Assembly (NCBI RefSeq): GCF_030684315.1
Contig: NC_081363.1
Location: forward strand, 26,786,116 to 26,850,115
Origin: Stegostoma tigrinum
Lineage: Eukaryota
Reading direction: 5' to 3'
DNA length: 64,000 bases
Below the pieces are notes generated by a model. It was given only the letters and a program-made list of their open reading frames with translations, searched no databases and was not told the origin of the DNA. Numbering within the stretch: position 1 is the first letter of the stretch; each line of letters opens with the position of its first letter. The position numbers and the translations under genes were made by a program. Below, one piece after another: positions 63,595-64,000 of this stretch.

Positions 63595-63692
63595 AGAACC
63601 AGAAATGGCTGGAGGAACTCAGCAGGCCTGGCAGCATCGTGGAAAGAGAAGCAGAGTTAATGTATCAAATCTAGTGACCTTGCTTCAGAACA
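63595..63692 (-). mobile_element. PLE family B terminus with a decayed hammerhead; another terminus starts at ~63958 and runs off the window
   Basis: gctggaggaactcagcaggcctggcagcatc..gagttaatg..gtgaccttgcttcagaac. Confidence 0.65.
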
Positions 63693-64000
63693 ATCTGGCG
63701 TCAAGCTGCCAAATGAGCCAACAGAGGTTTTGTGCGATTACTGACTTAGTACTGGGCTTAGAGGGTGGTGTTGCTGTTTGGATTGCCTTTCTCATTACTG
63801 GATGCAAAGTATTTCTCCGTACTGCTGTAGGTTATCCAAATCTCTGAAACATGTAGGAACATGGTGCTTGGCAACCATGATCTTAGTTTCAGTCCTTCTG
63901 GTCCTTAAATACTTCCTTCCTAATTTCAGCCAAAGATCGGCCTGGTATGTTGGAGTTAACAAGGTTTAGAGCTGGATGAACACAGCAGGCCAACTAGCAT

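Noticed and set aside
540-63969. ORF-track entries as host protein genes
   Set aside because: They are short and mostly overlap repeats in alternative or antisense frames. The only recognisable domains are LINE/PLE RT and GIY-YIG.

Overview
AT-rich vertebrate genomic DNA, most likely from a shark or ray (HE1/V-SINE-like and DeuSINE-like SINEs, abundant CR1 3' ends). It reads as long introns of one + strand gene that I cannot name. I can support two micro-exons (25006-25030 and 39126-39154), a CpG-rich candidate internal promoter/first exon ending at a donor at 28846, and a candidate recursive splice site at 46082/46083. Nearly all ORF-track entries are transposon debris or noise. The dominant structure is about 20 Penelope-like retroelement (PLE) insertions from several families, ranging from a ~2.6 kb RT+GIY-YIG copy to non-coding 90-250 bp pieces. 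Their 3' termini carry minimal type I hammerhead ribozyme (HHR) motifs (CTGANGA-stem II-GAAACGTH). Many occur as head-to-head palindromes bounded by 9-16 bp target-site duplications (TSDs), often with an HHR on each strand. Most HHR copies are damaged at CpG sites in the catalytic core. All coordinates and counts are by eye, and family names come from motif recognition, not database search.
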